Source: Arcobacteraceae bacterium
GTDB taxonomy: Bacteria; Campylobacterota; Campylobacteria; Campylobacterales; Arcobacteraceae
Length of the DNA: 64,000 nucleotides
NCBI GenBank assembly: GCA_963662945.1
Contig: OY759974.1
Location: 1,280,001-1,344,000, forward strand
Reading direction: 5' to 3'
In this document: positions 12,385 to 22,538 of the stretch, in pieces
How positions within the stretch are numbered: the stretch's first letter is position 1
Layout: every line of letters starts with the position of its first letter
Made by a program: the position numbers and the translations under genes
Notes under the pieces: generated by a model
Seen by the model: only the letters and a program-made list of their open reading frames with translations
What the model was told of the DNA's origin: nothing
Database searches by the model: none

Positions 12385-12897
12385 TTGGAACAATACTATT
12401 TACCAATTCTAACTTTTCATGTGATTAGTGTATTATCATGGATGGCCATGCTTTTTTATTTACCGCGACTTTATGTTTATCATCAAGAAAATAGTGAAAA
12501 AAAAGAATTCATAGAAATAGTAAAAATACAAGAATTAAAACTTTACAAATATATAGGTCTTCCTGCTATGTGGGCAACAATCACTAGTGGTATCTTAATG
12601 ATAATTGCAAATCCTGAACTTTTTCAACACGGATGGTTTCACGCAAAATTAACTGTAGTAATATTACTTATTGCTTACTCTTTTAGTCTAGGATATTATA
12701 GAAAACAATTAGAAAATGATACTTGTAATAAAAGTGGAAAGTTTTTCCGAGCTTACAATGAAGTCCCAACCATTTTTGCAATATTAATAGTAACATTTGT
12801 AATTATGAAATCAATTCCTATTGTATTTTCAATTGGAATTACTTTATTTTTTGGATTTATTATTTTTATGATTATGAAACCAAAAAAAGAAATTTGA
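12385..12897 (+). CDS. hemJ: Protoporphyrinogen oxidase HemJ
   Basis: HVISVLSWMAMLFYLPRLYVYH, WFHAKL, NEVPT. Confidence 0.93.
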   Translation: MEQYYLPILTFHVISVLSWMAMLFYLPRLYVYHQENSEKKEFIEIVKIQELKLYKYIGLPAMWATITSGILMIIANPELFQHGWFHAKLTVVILLIAYSFSLGYYRKQLENDTCNKSGKFFRAYNEVPTIFAILIVTFVIMKSIPIVFSIGITLFFGFIIFMIMKPKKEI

Positions 12898-12923
12898 CTT
12901 TAATTGTTTTATTAATGTATAAT
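12894..12923 (+). promoter_or_regulatory. Putative sigma70 promoter of glycosylation island
   Basis: TTGACT-N18-TATAAT upstream of 13039. Confidence 0.5.
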
Positions 12924-13038
12924 AATTACAAACTAAATAAATGTTTTGGAGTGATGGATGAAAAGTTCAAAATATCAAACTTTTAAAATGCTGCAATGTA
13001 TTATACCTCTTTACTCTAATTTTAATAAGATTTAATAA

Positions 13039-14226
13039 ATGAATATTTTACAATTAATAGGTCGAAATAAAACACTTTTTCTTGATGATATTAAGCAAAC
13101 TACTATAGAGTTAACAAAGGTTGTATCTAATTCTAGCTTTTTAGTATTAGGTGGTGCTGGAAGTATTGGGCAAGCAGTAACAAAAGAAATATTTAAAAGA
13201 AATCCAAAGAAACTACATGTAGTGGATATTTCTGAAAATAATATGGTTGAATTAGTTAGAGATATAAGAAGTAGTTTTGGTTATATTAATGGAGATTTTC
13301 AAACTTTTGCATTGGATATCGGTAGTATAGAATATGATGGCTTTATAAAAGCAGATGGGAAATATGATTATGTGTTAAATCTTTCAGCACTAAAACATGT
13401 ACGAAGTGAAAAAGATCCTTTCACTCTTATGCGTATGATCAATGTTAATATTTTTAATACAGATAAAACACTTCAACAATCAATTGACAATGAAGTGAAA
13501 AAATATTTTTGTGTAAGTACAGATAAAGCAGCAAATCCTGTTAATATGATGGGTGCAAGTAAACGAATTATGGAAATGTTTGTTATGAGAAAATCGAAGC
13601 AGATTAATGTTTCTATGGCAAGATTTGCGAATGTTGCTTTTAGTGATGGAAGTTTACTTCATGGATTTGATCAAAGAATAAAAAAACAACAACCAATTGT
13701 AGCTCCAAATGATATAAAAAGGTATTTTGTAACACCTCAAGAGAGTGGAGAACTGTGTCTAATGTCATGTATTTTTGGGGAAAATAGAGATATCTTTTTC
13801 CCAAAATTAAGTGAAAATCTCCATTTAATTTCTTTTGCTGATATAGCTATAAAATATCTTAAAAACTTAAGTTATGAACCATATCTTTGCAATACAGAAG
13901 AAGAAGCAAGAGAATTATCAAAAACATTACCACAAAGTGGGAAATGGCCTTGTTTATTTACTTCAAGTGATACAACAGGAGAAAAAGACTTTGAAGAATT
14001 TTTTACAGAAAATGAAACCCTAGATATGGATAAATTTTTTAATCTTGGAGTGATTAAAAATGAACCTCTATTTGACGAAGATAAGTTAAATCATTTTGAG
14101 CATACTATTAAAAATTTCCAACATAAATTATTATGGACAAAAGAAGATATAGTTAAAGAGTTTTTTACTATGATCCCAGATTTTGGTCACAAAGAAACTG
14201 GAAAATATCTTGATGGAAAAATGTAA
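13039..14226 (+). CDS. NDP-GlcNAc 4,6-dehydratase (LegB/LgaA-type)
   Basis: GGAGSIG, SALKHVRSE, STDKAANPVNMMGASK; heads a nonulosonate operon. Confidence 0.85.
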   Translation: MNILQLIGRNKTLFLDDIKQTTIELTKVVSNSSFLVLGGAGSIGQAVTKEIFKRNPKKLHVVDISENNMVELVRDIRSSFGYINGDFQTFALDIGSIEYDGFIKADGKYDYVLNLSALKHVRSEKDPFTLMRMINVNIFNTDKTLQQSIDNEVKKYFCVSTDKAANPVNMMGASKRIMEMFVMRKSKQINVSMARFANVAFSDGSLLHGFDQRIKKQQPIVAPNDIKRYFVTPQESGELCLMSCIFGENRDIFFPKLSENLHLISFADIAIKYLKNLSYEPYLCNTEEEARELSKTLPQSGKWPCLFTSSDTTGEKDFEEFFTENETLDMDKFFNLGVIKNEPLFDEDKLNHFEHTIKNFQHKLLWTKEDIVKEFFTMIPDFGHKETGKYLDGKM

Positions 14227-15366
14227 ATGGAAAAAATAGTTCAATTTATACAAAATACTTTTAAGACAAAAAATTTTGTTCCTTTACATGAACCAAGGTT
14301 TTTGGGTAATGAAAAACTATATCTTAATGATTGTATAGACTCTACATTTGTTTCTAGTGTTGGAAAATATGTTGATAAATTTGAAGAAGAATTTGCCAAA
14401 TTTGTTGGTAGTAAATATGCCGTTGCTACAGTAAATGGAACATCTGCTTTACATATTTCTTTATTACTTGCTGATGTGAATGAAAATGATGAAGTTTTAA
14501 CACAGCCATTAACTTTTATTGCAACATGTAATGCAATAAGTTATTGTCGTGCGAAACCAATTTTTATAGATGTAGATATTGACACTATGGGAATGTCAGC
14601 AATAATTTTAAATAAATTTTTGGAAGAAAATTGTGAATTACTTGATAATAAATGTATAAATAAAACGACTGGAAAAACAATAAAAGCTTGTGTTCCAATG
14701 CATACCTTTGGTCATCCTTGTAAAATAGATGAAATACAAAACATTTGTAAAAAATGGAAAATTACTTTGGTAGAAGATAGTGCTGAAAGTCTAGGCTCTT
14801 TTTATAAAGAACAACATACTGGAACTTTTGGAAAACTTGGAGCTTTTTCTTTTAATGGGAATAAAATAATTACTTCTGGTGGGGGTGGAGTAATTGTTAC
14901 AGATGATGAAAAATTAGCCAAAAGAGCAAAGCATTTAACTACAACTGCAAAAATACCACATCCTTTTGAATATATTCATGATGAGATAGGATACAATTAT
15001 AGAATGCCAAATCTTAATGCTGCACTATTAGTAGCCCAGCTTGAACAATTAGATAATTTTTTAAAAAACAAAAAATTATTAACACATCGGTATAGAGATT
15101 TTTTTAATTCTATAGAAAATATAAAATTTGTTGAAGAACCTCAAAATTCAAATTCCAATTATTGGCTACAAGCTGTAATCTTAGATAACTTAGAAGAAAG
15201 AGATCGATTCTTGGAATTTACAAATAAAAATGGTGTTATGACAAGACCAATTTGGAAACTTATGAATGAACTACCAATGTTTCAAGAATTTCAAACAACA
15301 ACTCTAGATAACGCTAAATATTTAGAACAAAGAGTTGTTAATATCCCAAGTAGTGTGATTTTATAA
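14227..15366 (+). CDS. legC: LegC-family PLP aminotransferase
   Basis: PLHEP, NGTSALH, EDSAESLGS, SFNGNKIITSGGGG, GYNYRMPN. Confidence 0.88.
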   Translation: MEKIVQFIQNTFKTKNFVPLHEPRFLGNEKLYLNDCIDSTFVSSVGKYVDKFEEEFAKFVGSKYAVATVNGTSALHISLLLADVNENDEVLTQPLTFIATCNAISYCRAKPIFIDVDIDTMGMSAIILNKFLEENCELLDNKCINKTTGKTIKACVPMHTFGHPCKIDEIQNICKKWKITLVEDSAESLGSFYKEQHTGTFGKLGAFSFNGNKIITSGGGGVIVTDDEKLAKRAKHLTTTAKIPHPFEYIHDEIGYNYRMPNLNAALLVAQLEQLDNFLKNKKLLTHRYRDFFNSIENIKFVEEPQNSNSNYWLQAVILDNLEERDRFLEFTNKNGVMTRPIWKLMNELPMFQEFQTTTLDNAKYLEQRVVNIPSSVIL

Positions 15367-15944
15367 TGGAAAAAGAAAAAATAGTTTTAATTGGTGGTGG
15401 TGGACATTGTCACAGTGTGATTGATGTCATAGAACAAGAAAATAAATATGAAATCATAGGAGTTGTGGATAAAAAAGAATTAATTGGTACAAAAGTTTTA
15501 AATTATGACATTATAGGTTGTGATGACGATTTACCAAAGATATTTAAAATTTGTCAGAATGCTGTCATTTCAGTTGGACAAATACAATCTTCTTTAGTAA
15601 GAGAAAAACTATTTAAAGTTGCTAAGAAAATAGGTTTTTCTTTACCTATAATTATTTCTCCTCTTGCCTATGTATCTAAACATGCTAAAATAAAAGAAGG
15701 GACTGTTATAATGCATCATGTGCTAGTTAATGCAAATGCTGCCATAGGAGAAAATTGCATAATAAATACTAAAGCATTGATAGAACATGATTCAATTATT
15801 GAAGATAATTGTCATATTTCAACAGCTTCTGTTATAAATGGCGGTGTAAATGTTAAAAATGGAACTTTTTATGGAAGTAATGCTACATCAAAAGAATATA
15901 TAGAAGTTGTAGGTTTTATAAAAGCTGGGAGTCTAGTAAAGTGA
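15366..15944 (+). CDS. NeuD/PglD-family sugar acetyltransferase
   Basis: IGGGGH, hexapeptide repeats, EHD. Confidence 0.87.
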   Translation: MEKEKIVLIGGGGHCHSVIDVIEQENKYEIIGVVDKKELIGTKVLNYDIIGCDDDLPKIFKICQNAVISVGQIQSSLVREKLFKVAKKIGFSLPIIISPLAYVSKHAKIKEGTVIMHHVLVNANAAIGENCIINTKALIEHDSIIEDNCHISTASVINGGVNVKNGTFYGSNATSKEYIEVVGFIKAGSLVK

Positions 15945-16936
15945 GTGTATTTATAATTGCAGAAGCAGGAGTTAATCATAACGGTTCAATAAAATTGGCA
16001 AAACAATTAATTGATGTTGCAGTTAATAGTGGAGCTGATGCTGTAAAATTTCAAACATTTAAAACAGAAAATTTGGTCTCAAAAAATGCACAAAAGGCAG
16101 ATTATCAAAAAGAGACTACTAATGCAAATGAAACACAGTTTAATATGATTAAAAAGCTTGAACTTGATGTAGAAACACATAAAGCATTAATAACTTATTG
16201 CAATGAAAAAAATATTATGTTCCTTTCAACACCTTTTGATAATGACAGTATTGAGTTACTTAATGTTCTAGGTCTAGAAATTTTTAAAATACCTAGTGGT
16301 GAGATTACAAATTTACCATATTTAAGAAAAATTGGACAATTAAAGAAAAGAGTTATTTTATCAACAGGTATGGCTGATATTGGGGAAATAGAAGATGCAT
16401 TGGATATACTGATTCAATCAGGTGCAAAAAAAGAAGATATTATCATACTTCATGCCAACACAATGTACCCGACACCTTATGAAGATGTCAATTTAAAAGC
16501 AATGGTTACAATAGGAAAAACTTTTGATATCAAATATGGTTATAGTGACCATACACTGGGTATAGAAGTGGATGTCGCAGCTGTAGCACTTGGAGCTTGC
16601 TGTATTGAAAAACATTTTACATTAGATAAAAATATGGAAGGACCAGACCATAAAGCGAGTTTAGAACCAGATGAATTGAAATATATGGTTCAAACCATTA
16701 GAAATGTAGAATTAGCATTGGGTAGTGGCATAAAAAAACCTAGTCCAAGTGAACAACCAAATATTCAAATAGCACGAAAATCTATTGTTGCAAATTGTGA
16801 TATAGAAATAGGAGATATTTTTACAGAAAATAATATCACCATTAAAAGACCAGGTAATGGAATCAATCCTATGAGATGGGATGAAATTCTTGGTACGTAT
16901 GCAACTAAAAATTATAAAGCAGATGAATTAATATGA
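15941..16936 (+). CDS. neuB: Nonulosonate (legionaminate-type) synthase, LegI/NeuB
   Basis: IAEAGVNHNG, KFQTF, GYSDHT, EKHFTLD, C-terminal SAF domain. Confidence 0.92.
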   Translation: MSVFIIAEAGVNHNGSIKLAKQLIDVAVNSGADAVKFQTFKTENLVSKNAQKADYQKETTNANETQFNMIKKLELDVETHKALITYCNEKNIMFLSTPFDNDSIELLNVLGLEIFKIPSGEITNLPYLRKIGQLKKRVILSTGMADIGEIEDALDILIQSGAKKEDIIILHANTMYPTPYEDVNLKAMVTIGKTFDIKYGYSDHTLGIEVDVAAVALGACCIEKHFTLDKNMEGPDHKASLEPDELKYMVQTIRNVELALGSGIKKPSPSEQPNIQIARKSIVANCDIEIGDIFTENNITIKRPGNGINPMRWDEILGTYATKNYKADELI

Positions 16937-18084
16937 AAAAAGTTTGTGTAATTACAGGAACTAGAGCTGAGTATGGTCTCCTTTATTGGTTAATGAAAGG
17001 TATTGAACTAGATCAAGAATTACAACTTCAATTAATCGTTACGGGAATGCATTTAAGTCCTGAATTTGGTCTCACTTATAAAGAAATAGAAAAAGAGTTT
17101 ACAATAAATAAAAAAATTGAAATGTTATTATCTTCAGATACTGCTGTAGGAATTTCAAAATCTATGGGATTAGCTCAAATTTCTTTTTCTGAAGCATATG
17201 AAGAATTAAAACCAGATATGATAGTAGTTTTAGGAGATAGATATGAAATTTTTTCTGCTGTAAGTGCTGCTATGATAGCTTGTATTCCAATAGCACATCT
17301 TCATGGTGGAGAAAGAACAGAAGGTGCATTTGATGAAACAATAAGACATTGTATCACTAAAATGAGTTATCTTCATTTTACTTCTACAGAAGAATATAGA
17401 ACTAGAGTCATTCAATTAGGAGAAAATCCTAACCGTGTTTTTAATGTTGGTGGACTGGGTATTGAAAATATTAAACGTTTAGCTCTTTTCTCTAAAACCG
17501 AATTTGAAAAATCAATCAATTTTAAATTAAATAAAAAAAATATTCTTGTTACTTTTCATCCTGTAACTCTCGAAAATTCTACATCACAAGAACAATTTCA
17601 AGAATTACTAAATGCAATAGATGAACTACAAGATACAAATATAATTTTTACAAAAGCAAATAGTGATACTAATGGTAGGATTATTAATAAAATGATTGAA
17701 GAATATGTTTCAACTAATAGACATAAATCTATAGAATTTACATCACTTGGTCAATTACGATATTTGAGTGCTTTACAATATGTTGATGCAGTTGTAGGAA
17801 ATAGCTCAAGCGGTATCTTAGAAGCACCATCTTTTAAACTTGGTACAATCAATATTGGGGATAGACAAAAAGGCAGACTACAAACAAATAGCATCATTAA
17901 CTGTAATCCCATCAAAAATGATATTATTAGTGCATTTAAGACATTATACTCGTCAGAATTCCAAACTGAATTAAAAACTGTAAAAAATATTTACGGGGAG
18001 GGTGATACAAGCACTAAGATCATTACTATTTTACACCAATTTAAATGGAATAAATCTTTGAAAAAATCTTTTTTTGATATATAA
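16933..18084 (+). CDS. neuC: Hydrolysing NDP-sugar 2-epimerase, LegG/NeuC
   Basis: TGTRAEYG, GDRYE, HLHGGE, GNSSSG. Confidence 0.92.
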   Translation: MKKVCVITGTRAEYGLLYWLMKGIELDQELQLQLIVTGMHLSPEFGLTYKEIEKEFTINKKIEMLLSSDTAVGISKSMGLAQISFSEAYEELKPDMIVVLGDRYEIFSAVSAAMIACIPIAHLHGGERTEGAFDETIRHCITKMSYLHFTSTEEYRTRVIQLGENPNRVFNVGGLGIENIKRLALFSKTEFEKSINFKLNKKNILVTFHPVTLENSTSQEQFQELLNAIDELQDTNIIFTKANSDTNGRIINKMIEEYVSTNRHKSIEFTSLGQLRYLSALQYVDAVVGNSSSGILEAPSFKLGTINIGDRQKGRLQTNSIINCNPIKNDIISAFKTLYSSEFQTELKTVKNIYGEGDTSTKIITILHQFKWNKSLKKSFFDI

Positions 18085-18099
18085 TATCAAAATGTAAAT

Positions 18100-18672
18100 T
18101 TATTGTTTATCCTCAGTATAAATGTAATAAGAATAAATAATATGATCAAAAATCATATGTAAATCTTCAACTAACCCATATTCATTCTTTGCTGTCTGTA
18201 TATGATACACGATATCTGACATATCTTTTAATTCTCCACCATCAAAACCAGTAAGTCCTATTACTGTAGTTCCTACGCTTTTTGCATATTTTACAGCATT
18301 TACTATATTTGGAGAATTTCCACTACATGAGATAGCTATTAAAACATCATTCTTGAAAATTCTATCTTTAATTTGTTCATAAAAAATATTCTCATATCCA
18401 ATATCATTTGCTAGTGCTGTTACTACAGACATATTATCAGATAAACTTTCTATATTAAAGTTTTTAATATTCCTTCTTTTAAGTCCGACCCCTAAATCAT
18501 TTACAATATGAGATGCCGTTGCGGCACTTCCACCATTACCAATTACATATATCTTATCCTGTTTACAATCTAAACTATCTAGTTTTTTAAGAATAGTCTC
18601 TAAAACATCTCTGTCAATGTTTTCCAATAAATATGTCAATTTTTTTATGTAACCATCAATAAAAGTTTTTAT
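18100..18672 (-). CDS. SIS-domain phosphosugar isomerase (GmhA-like); start TTG 18639 or ATA 18672
   Basis: GNGGSAATASH, TALANDIGY, ISCSGNSPN, LTGFDGG, EDLH. Confidence 0.85.
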   Translation of the reverse strand: MKTFIDGYIKKLTYLLENIDRDVLETILKKLDSLDCKQDKIYVIGNGGSAATASHIVNDLGVGLKRRNIKNFNIESLSDNMSVVTALANDIGYENIFYEQIKDRIFKNDVLIAISCSGNSPNIVNAVKYAKSVGTTVIGLTGFDGGELKDMSDIVYHIQTAKNEYGLVEDLHMIFDHIIYSYYIYTEDKQ

Positions 18673-18747
18673 GGTACTGTCCTTTTATAAAAATATTTGT
18701 TATACTTCGATATTATATCATAATAAAATCTAATAAAAAGGTTAAAG

Positions 18748-20163
18748 ATGAATATAGAAGATACATACTATCTAAATTATGATGAAGCATTAAAAATAGC
18801 AAAACAAAATAATAAAATAAATAATAATAAATATATTCATCAAATTTGTTATTTTAATGGAACTCAAGATATTGATAACCTTCCTAATCTAAAACCTTTG
18901 CCTATAGATAATATTGTTGATACTTTGGCAGTTTCAATACTAAGAATACCATCAAAAATCAACTTTAATGGTATAGATATATCAGAAGATATACAAAATG
19001 AAATCAAACATAATTTTTATCTAGCCACAGAAAAAGCAGAAATCTTAAAAAAAGAAGTTGCAAAATACTATAGAGAAACCTATTTACAAAGTAAATTAGA
19101 TTTTAATGAAAAAACACGTTTTTTTTTAATGGGAAATTCCAATACGGAAGTTATGCAATATGTTTCAAAAAATATTGTTACAGCATTACAAGAATTAAAT
19201 TATGAAGTTTACTATCAAGAAATAACAGGGATAGAAGATAATATATCAATATTAAATGAATTTTATCAATTTAATCCACATGTTACTATCAACATCAATC
19301 ATCTCAGTAATGAATTTTTAAATGACGATGTTTTTAACTTTGTATGGTTTCAAGACCCTATGCCAATTTTATTAGATGACTCTGTAGTAAGATTAAGAAA
19401 AAGAGACTATCTTTACTCCTTAGTTAATGTATTAGATTCATTTTTAAATAGAAAACATCTTCCATTTAAACGACAAAGTTTTTGTGTGAATAAAAATATC
19501 TTTTATAACAATGCGGATATTCAAAGAGATAAAAAAATTATTTTCATAGGAAGTTCATATTTAAGTATGATTCCTTCAGATAATAATACAAAACTATTAG
19601 TTGATGATATCGTAGAGATTTTTAATCAGGGAGAATCTTTTTCTCCAGAAGTAATAAACAAATTATCTCAAAAATTTAATATAGATAAAGATTTAATTAC
19701 AACGAGAATTATACCTTATGTTATTAGAGATTTTAGTGTTTTAAATTTATGTGAACTCAAAACCCCTTATACAGTTGAAATTTATGGGAATGGATGGGAA
19801 AGCTATCCAAAAATCAAATCCTTTTATCATGGAGTTTTAGACTATGGGAAAAAACTTTCAGATGTATATAATACAGCTACTTTTGTTTTTGCTCCACATC
19901 AAAATTATATATTACAACAAAGAACCCTAGAAGGTGCTGCTTGTGGAGCAATACCAATTCTATATGACTGTAGAGAAATTAGTGACGAAAAAACATATGA
20001 AGAAGCAATATGTTATTTCAAAACAAAAGCAGAGTTAGAACATATACTAAATAATGAAAAGTCCTTAAAAAAAGACTTGTCCAATTTAGTAAATGATAAT
20101 ACCTATCATTCATTTGTCAATAAAATACTTGAAGTTATTAAGGAACAAGAAAATGTCAGATAA
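18748..20163 (+). CDS. Putative glycosyltransferase (CgeB-like C-terminal domain)
   Basis: WFQDP, IIFIGS, IYGNGW, QRTLEGAACGA. Confidence 0.65.
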   Translation: MNIEDTYYLNYDEALKIAKQNNKINNNKYIHQICYFNGTQDIDNLPNLKPLPIDNIVDTLAVSILRIPSKINFNGIDISEDIQNEIKHNFYLATEKAEILKKEVAKYYRETYLQSKLDFNEKTRFFLMGNSNTEVMQYVSKNIVTALQELNYEVYYQEITGIEDNISILNEFYQFNPHVTININHLSNEFLNDDVFNFVWFQDPMPILLDDSVVRLRKRDYLYSLVNVLDSFLNRKHLPFKRQSFCVNKNIFYNNADIQRDKKIIFIGSSYLSMIPSDNNTKLLVDDIVEIFNQGESFSPEVINKLSQKFNIDKDLITTRIIPYVIRDFSVLNLCELKTPYTVEIYGNGWESYPKIKSFYHGVLDYGKKLSDVYNTATFVFAPHQNYILQQRTLEGAACGAIPILYDCREISDEKTYEEAICYFKTKAELEHILNNEKSLKKDLSNLVNDNTYHSFVNKILEVIKEQENVR

Positions 20164-21247
20164 ATACAATATAGATAGTCATAAGCTTATATATCATCCA
20201 AATAGGGTTTCTCAATGGCTAGAGTCTGACAGTAATTGGAACAAACAAAAAAATATTTACCCTATATATGTTGAAATCACACCTATTGGTTCTTGTAATC
20301 ATAGATGTACTTTTTGCTCGGTTGATTATATAGGATATAAAAGTATTAAGCAAGATGAAAAAATTCTTGAAACACGTATTCGAGAGATGGGAAGACTTGG
20401 TGTAAAAAGTATAATGTTTGCAGGAGAAGGGGAACCTACTTTATATAAGCCTTTAACTCATATTTTAGACGTGTGTAGTGAATCAGGAATTGATACATCT
20501 CTTACTACAAATGCTCTCGCTATGAACACAAAGAGCATGCATAATTATATGAAAAATTGCAAATGGATAAAAGTAAGTATCAATGCAGGAGATAAAGAAA
20601 CTTATGCAAAAGTACATCAAACGAAAGAAGATGATTTTGATAAAGTTGTTCACAATCTAACGTATATGTCTAAAATTAAAAAAGAAAATGGTTACAAATG
20701 TACGGTTGGCTCTCAAATGCTTTTGCTTCCAGAAAATAAAGACAGTACACTATCCCTTGCTAGAAAAATGAAAGATGCAGGAGTTGATTATCTCGTGATA
20801 AAACCTTACACTCAAAGTTTATATGGAACATCAAGAGTTTATGAAGGTTTAACGTATGAGAATATGATGTATCTCGAAACTGAACTAAAAAAAATAGAAA
20901 CAGAAAATTTCAAAATTATTTTTAGAGCCAATACTATGAAAAAACTCGAAGAAGAATCTCAACCATATAAAAAATGTTATTCGACACCTTATTTTTGGTC
21001 ATATATTATGGCAGATGGTTCAGTGTATGGTTGTAGTGCTTATCTACAAAATGATAAATTTAATTATGGCAATATTAATAATCAGACTTTTCAAGAGATA
21101 TGGGAAGGTAATAAGCGTAAACAAGGTATCACTTTTATAGAAAATAATCTTGATATTTCAATGTGTCGAAAAAATTGTCGTATGGATGAAGTAAATAGAT
21201 ATTTATGGAATTTAAAAAACCCAACATCACATGTAAATTTTATATAG
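20153..21247 (+). CDS. Radical SAM protein with SPASM/Twitch-like domain (RS1)
   Basis: CNHRCTFC, GEGEP, C-terminal Cys..GSVYGC..GNI..CRKNC; RBS favours ATG 20153. Confidence 0.9.
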   Translation: MSDKYNIDSHKLIYHPNRVSQWLESDSNWNKQKNIYPIYVEITPIGSCNHRCTFCSVDYIGYKSIKQDEKILETRIREMGRLGVKSIMFAGEGEPTLYKPLTHILDVCSESGIDTSLTTNALAMNTKSMHNYMKNCKWIKVSINAGDKETYAKVHQTKEDDFDKVVHNLTYMSKIKKENGYKCTVGSQMLLLPENKDSTLSLARKMKDAGVDYLVIKPYTQSLYGTSRVYEGLTYENMMYLETELKKIETENFKIIFRANTMKKLEEESQPYKKCYSTPYFWSYIMADGSVYGCSAYLQNDKFNYGNINNQTFQEIWEGNKRKQGITFIENNLDISMCRKNCRMDEVNRYLWNLKNPTSHVNFI

Positions 21248-21259
21248 GAATCAATTAAA

Positions 21260-22057
21260 ATGTTAATAGCAAAAGATATTCGAAAAAAAACAATTAAATT
21301 ATCTTGTGATACGGGTGCCGGTCATTTGGCACCAGCGTTATCTACTATTGAAATTTTAACTGTCATGTTTAATAAATATTTGCGATATAATAAAAATAAT
21401 CCTAAAGATGAAAGCCGCGATAGGTTTATAATGAGTAAGGGACATGGTGCTTATGCATATTATATTATATTAAATGAATTGGGATTTTTACCAGATATTG
21501 AACTTCAAAATTTCAATACAGAAAAGGCCTCCATTAAAGGTTGTTTAGTTGAGAATAAAGAATATATGATAGAAGCTTCCACTGGCTCGTTAGGTCATGG
21601 TTTACCCATTGCTGTAGGGATGGCACAATCCTTTAAAATACAAAACAAACCCAATAAGGTCATTTGTATGATAGGAGATGGGGAGATGCAGGAGGGCAGT
21701 AATTTTGAAGCGCTTATGTTAGCCCATAGATTTAAACTCGATAATTTATTTGTTATAATTGATGCAAATGATTTACAGGCTATGGGAAGAGTTGAGGATA
21801 TTGCATTATCTAATGATAGGTTATCAAAAGTTTTAAGTAGTTTTATTGATACAAATTATTTTGATATAGATGGACATAATGAAGAGGATATAGATAGATG
21901 TTTCAATCAATTTTATAAAGGTGTTAGTGACAACTTTTCAATATTATTTGCTCGAACTATTAAAGGGAAAGGGATAGATATTTTAGAGCATTCTGAACAA
22001 CATCATTTTCGATGTCCAACTTTGGATGGATATACTTTGGAGTTAGACAATGAATAA
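21260..22057 (+). CDS. Transketolase-like protein, N-terminal TPP-binding subunit
   Basis: GHLAPALS, RDRFIMSKGH, STGSLGHG, GDGEMQEGSN. Confidence 0.9.
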   Translation: MLIAKDIRKKTIKLSCDTGAGHLAPALSTIEILTVMFNKYLRYNKNNPKDESRDRFIMSKGHGAYAYYIILNELGFLPDIELQNFNTEKASIKGCLVENKEYMIEASTGSLGHGLPIAVGMAQSFKIQNKPNKVICMIGDGEMQEGSNFEALMLAHRFKLDNLFVIIDANDLQAMGRVEDIALSNDRLSKVLSSFIDTNYFDIDGHNEEDIDRCFNQFYKGVSDNFSILFARTIKGKGIDILEHSEQHHFRCPTLDGYTLELDNE

Positions 22058-22538
22058 GTTAATTTCAAAGCAAGACGTAATGAAAGAATTTTATAATTAC
22101 TTTAAAACAGATGATAACATGGTTCTTTTAGCAGGAGACATGGGCTTTGCTGTACTTGATTCATATTTTAATAATCATGAAAATAGAGCTTTTAATTCAG
22201 GAATCAACGAACAAGCAACTGTAAGTATGGCTGCTGGAATGGCAATGACAGGACTTACTCCTATTATCTATTCTCAAATACCTTTTATCACAATGAGAGC
22301 ATTTGAACAACTAAGATATGATATAAATGAACACAAATTGAATATTAAAATTATTGGTGTTGGTGCAGATAATTATTTTAGTGCACTAGGAAGAAGTCAT
22401 TGTATGGATGATGATGATATAAAACTTATTTCTATTCTTAAAAATATTTTAATAATATCACCAACAAAAGCTACTATAAAAAATGATATAAAACGTATGT
22501 TAGAATATAATGGTCCTGTTTATATGAGGTCCTTGTAG
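22050..22538 (+). CDS. Transketolase-like pyrimidine-binding subunit without C-terminal domain
   Basis: GINEQ..VSMAAGMA, RAFEQLR, G.SH, ends GPVYMR. Confidence 0.85.
   Translation: MNKLISKQDVMKEFYNYFKTDDNMVLLAGDMGFAVLDSYFNNHENRAFNSGINEQATVSMAAGMAMTGLTPIIYSQIPFITMRAFEQLRYDINEHKLNIKIIGVGADNYFSALGRSHCMDDDDIKLISILKNILIISPTKATIKNDIKRMLEYNGPVYMRSL

Noticed and set aside
19119-19127. Homopolymer phase-variation tracts (T9 here, A9 at 34785)
   Set aside because: Expected by chance in very AT-rich DNA; ORFs are intact and no long poly-G/C tract was seen in the island
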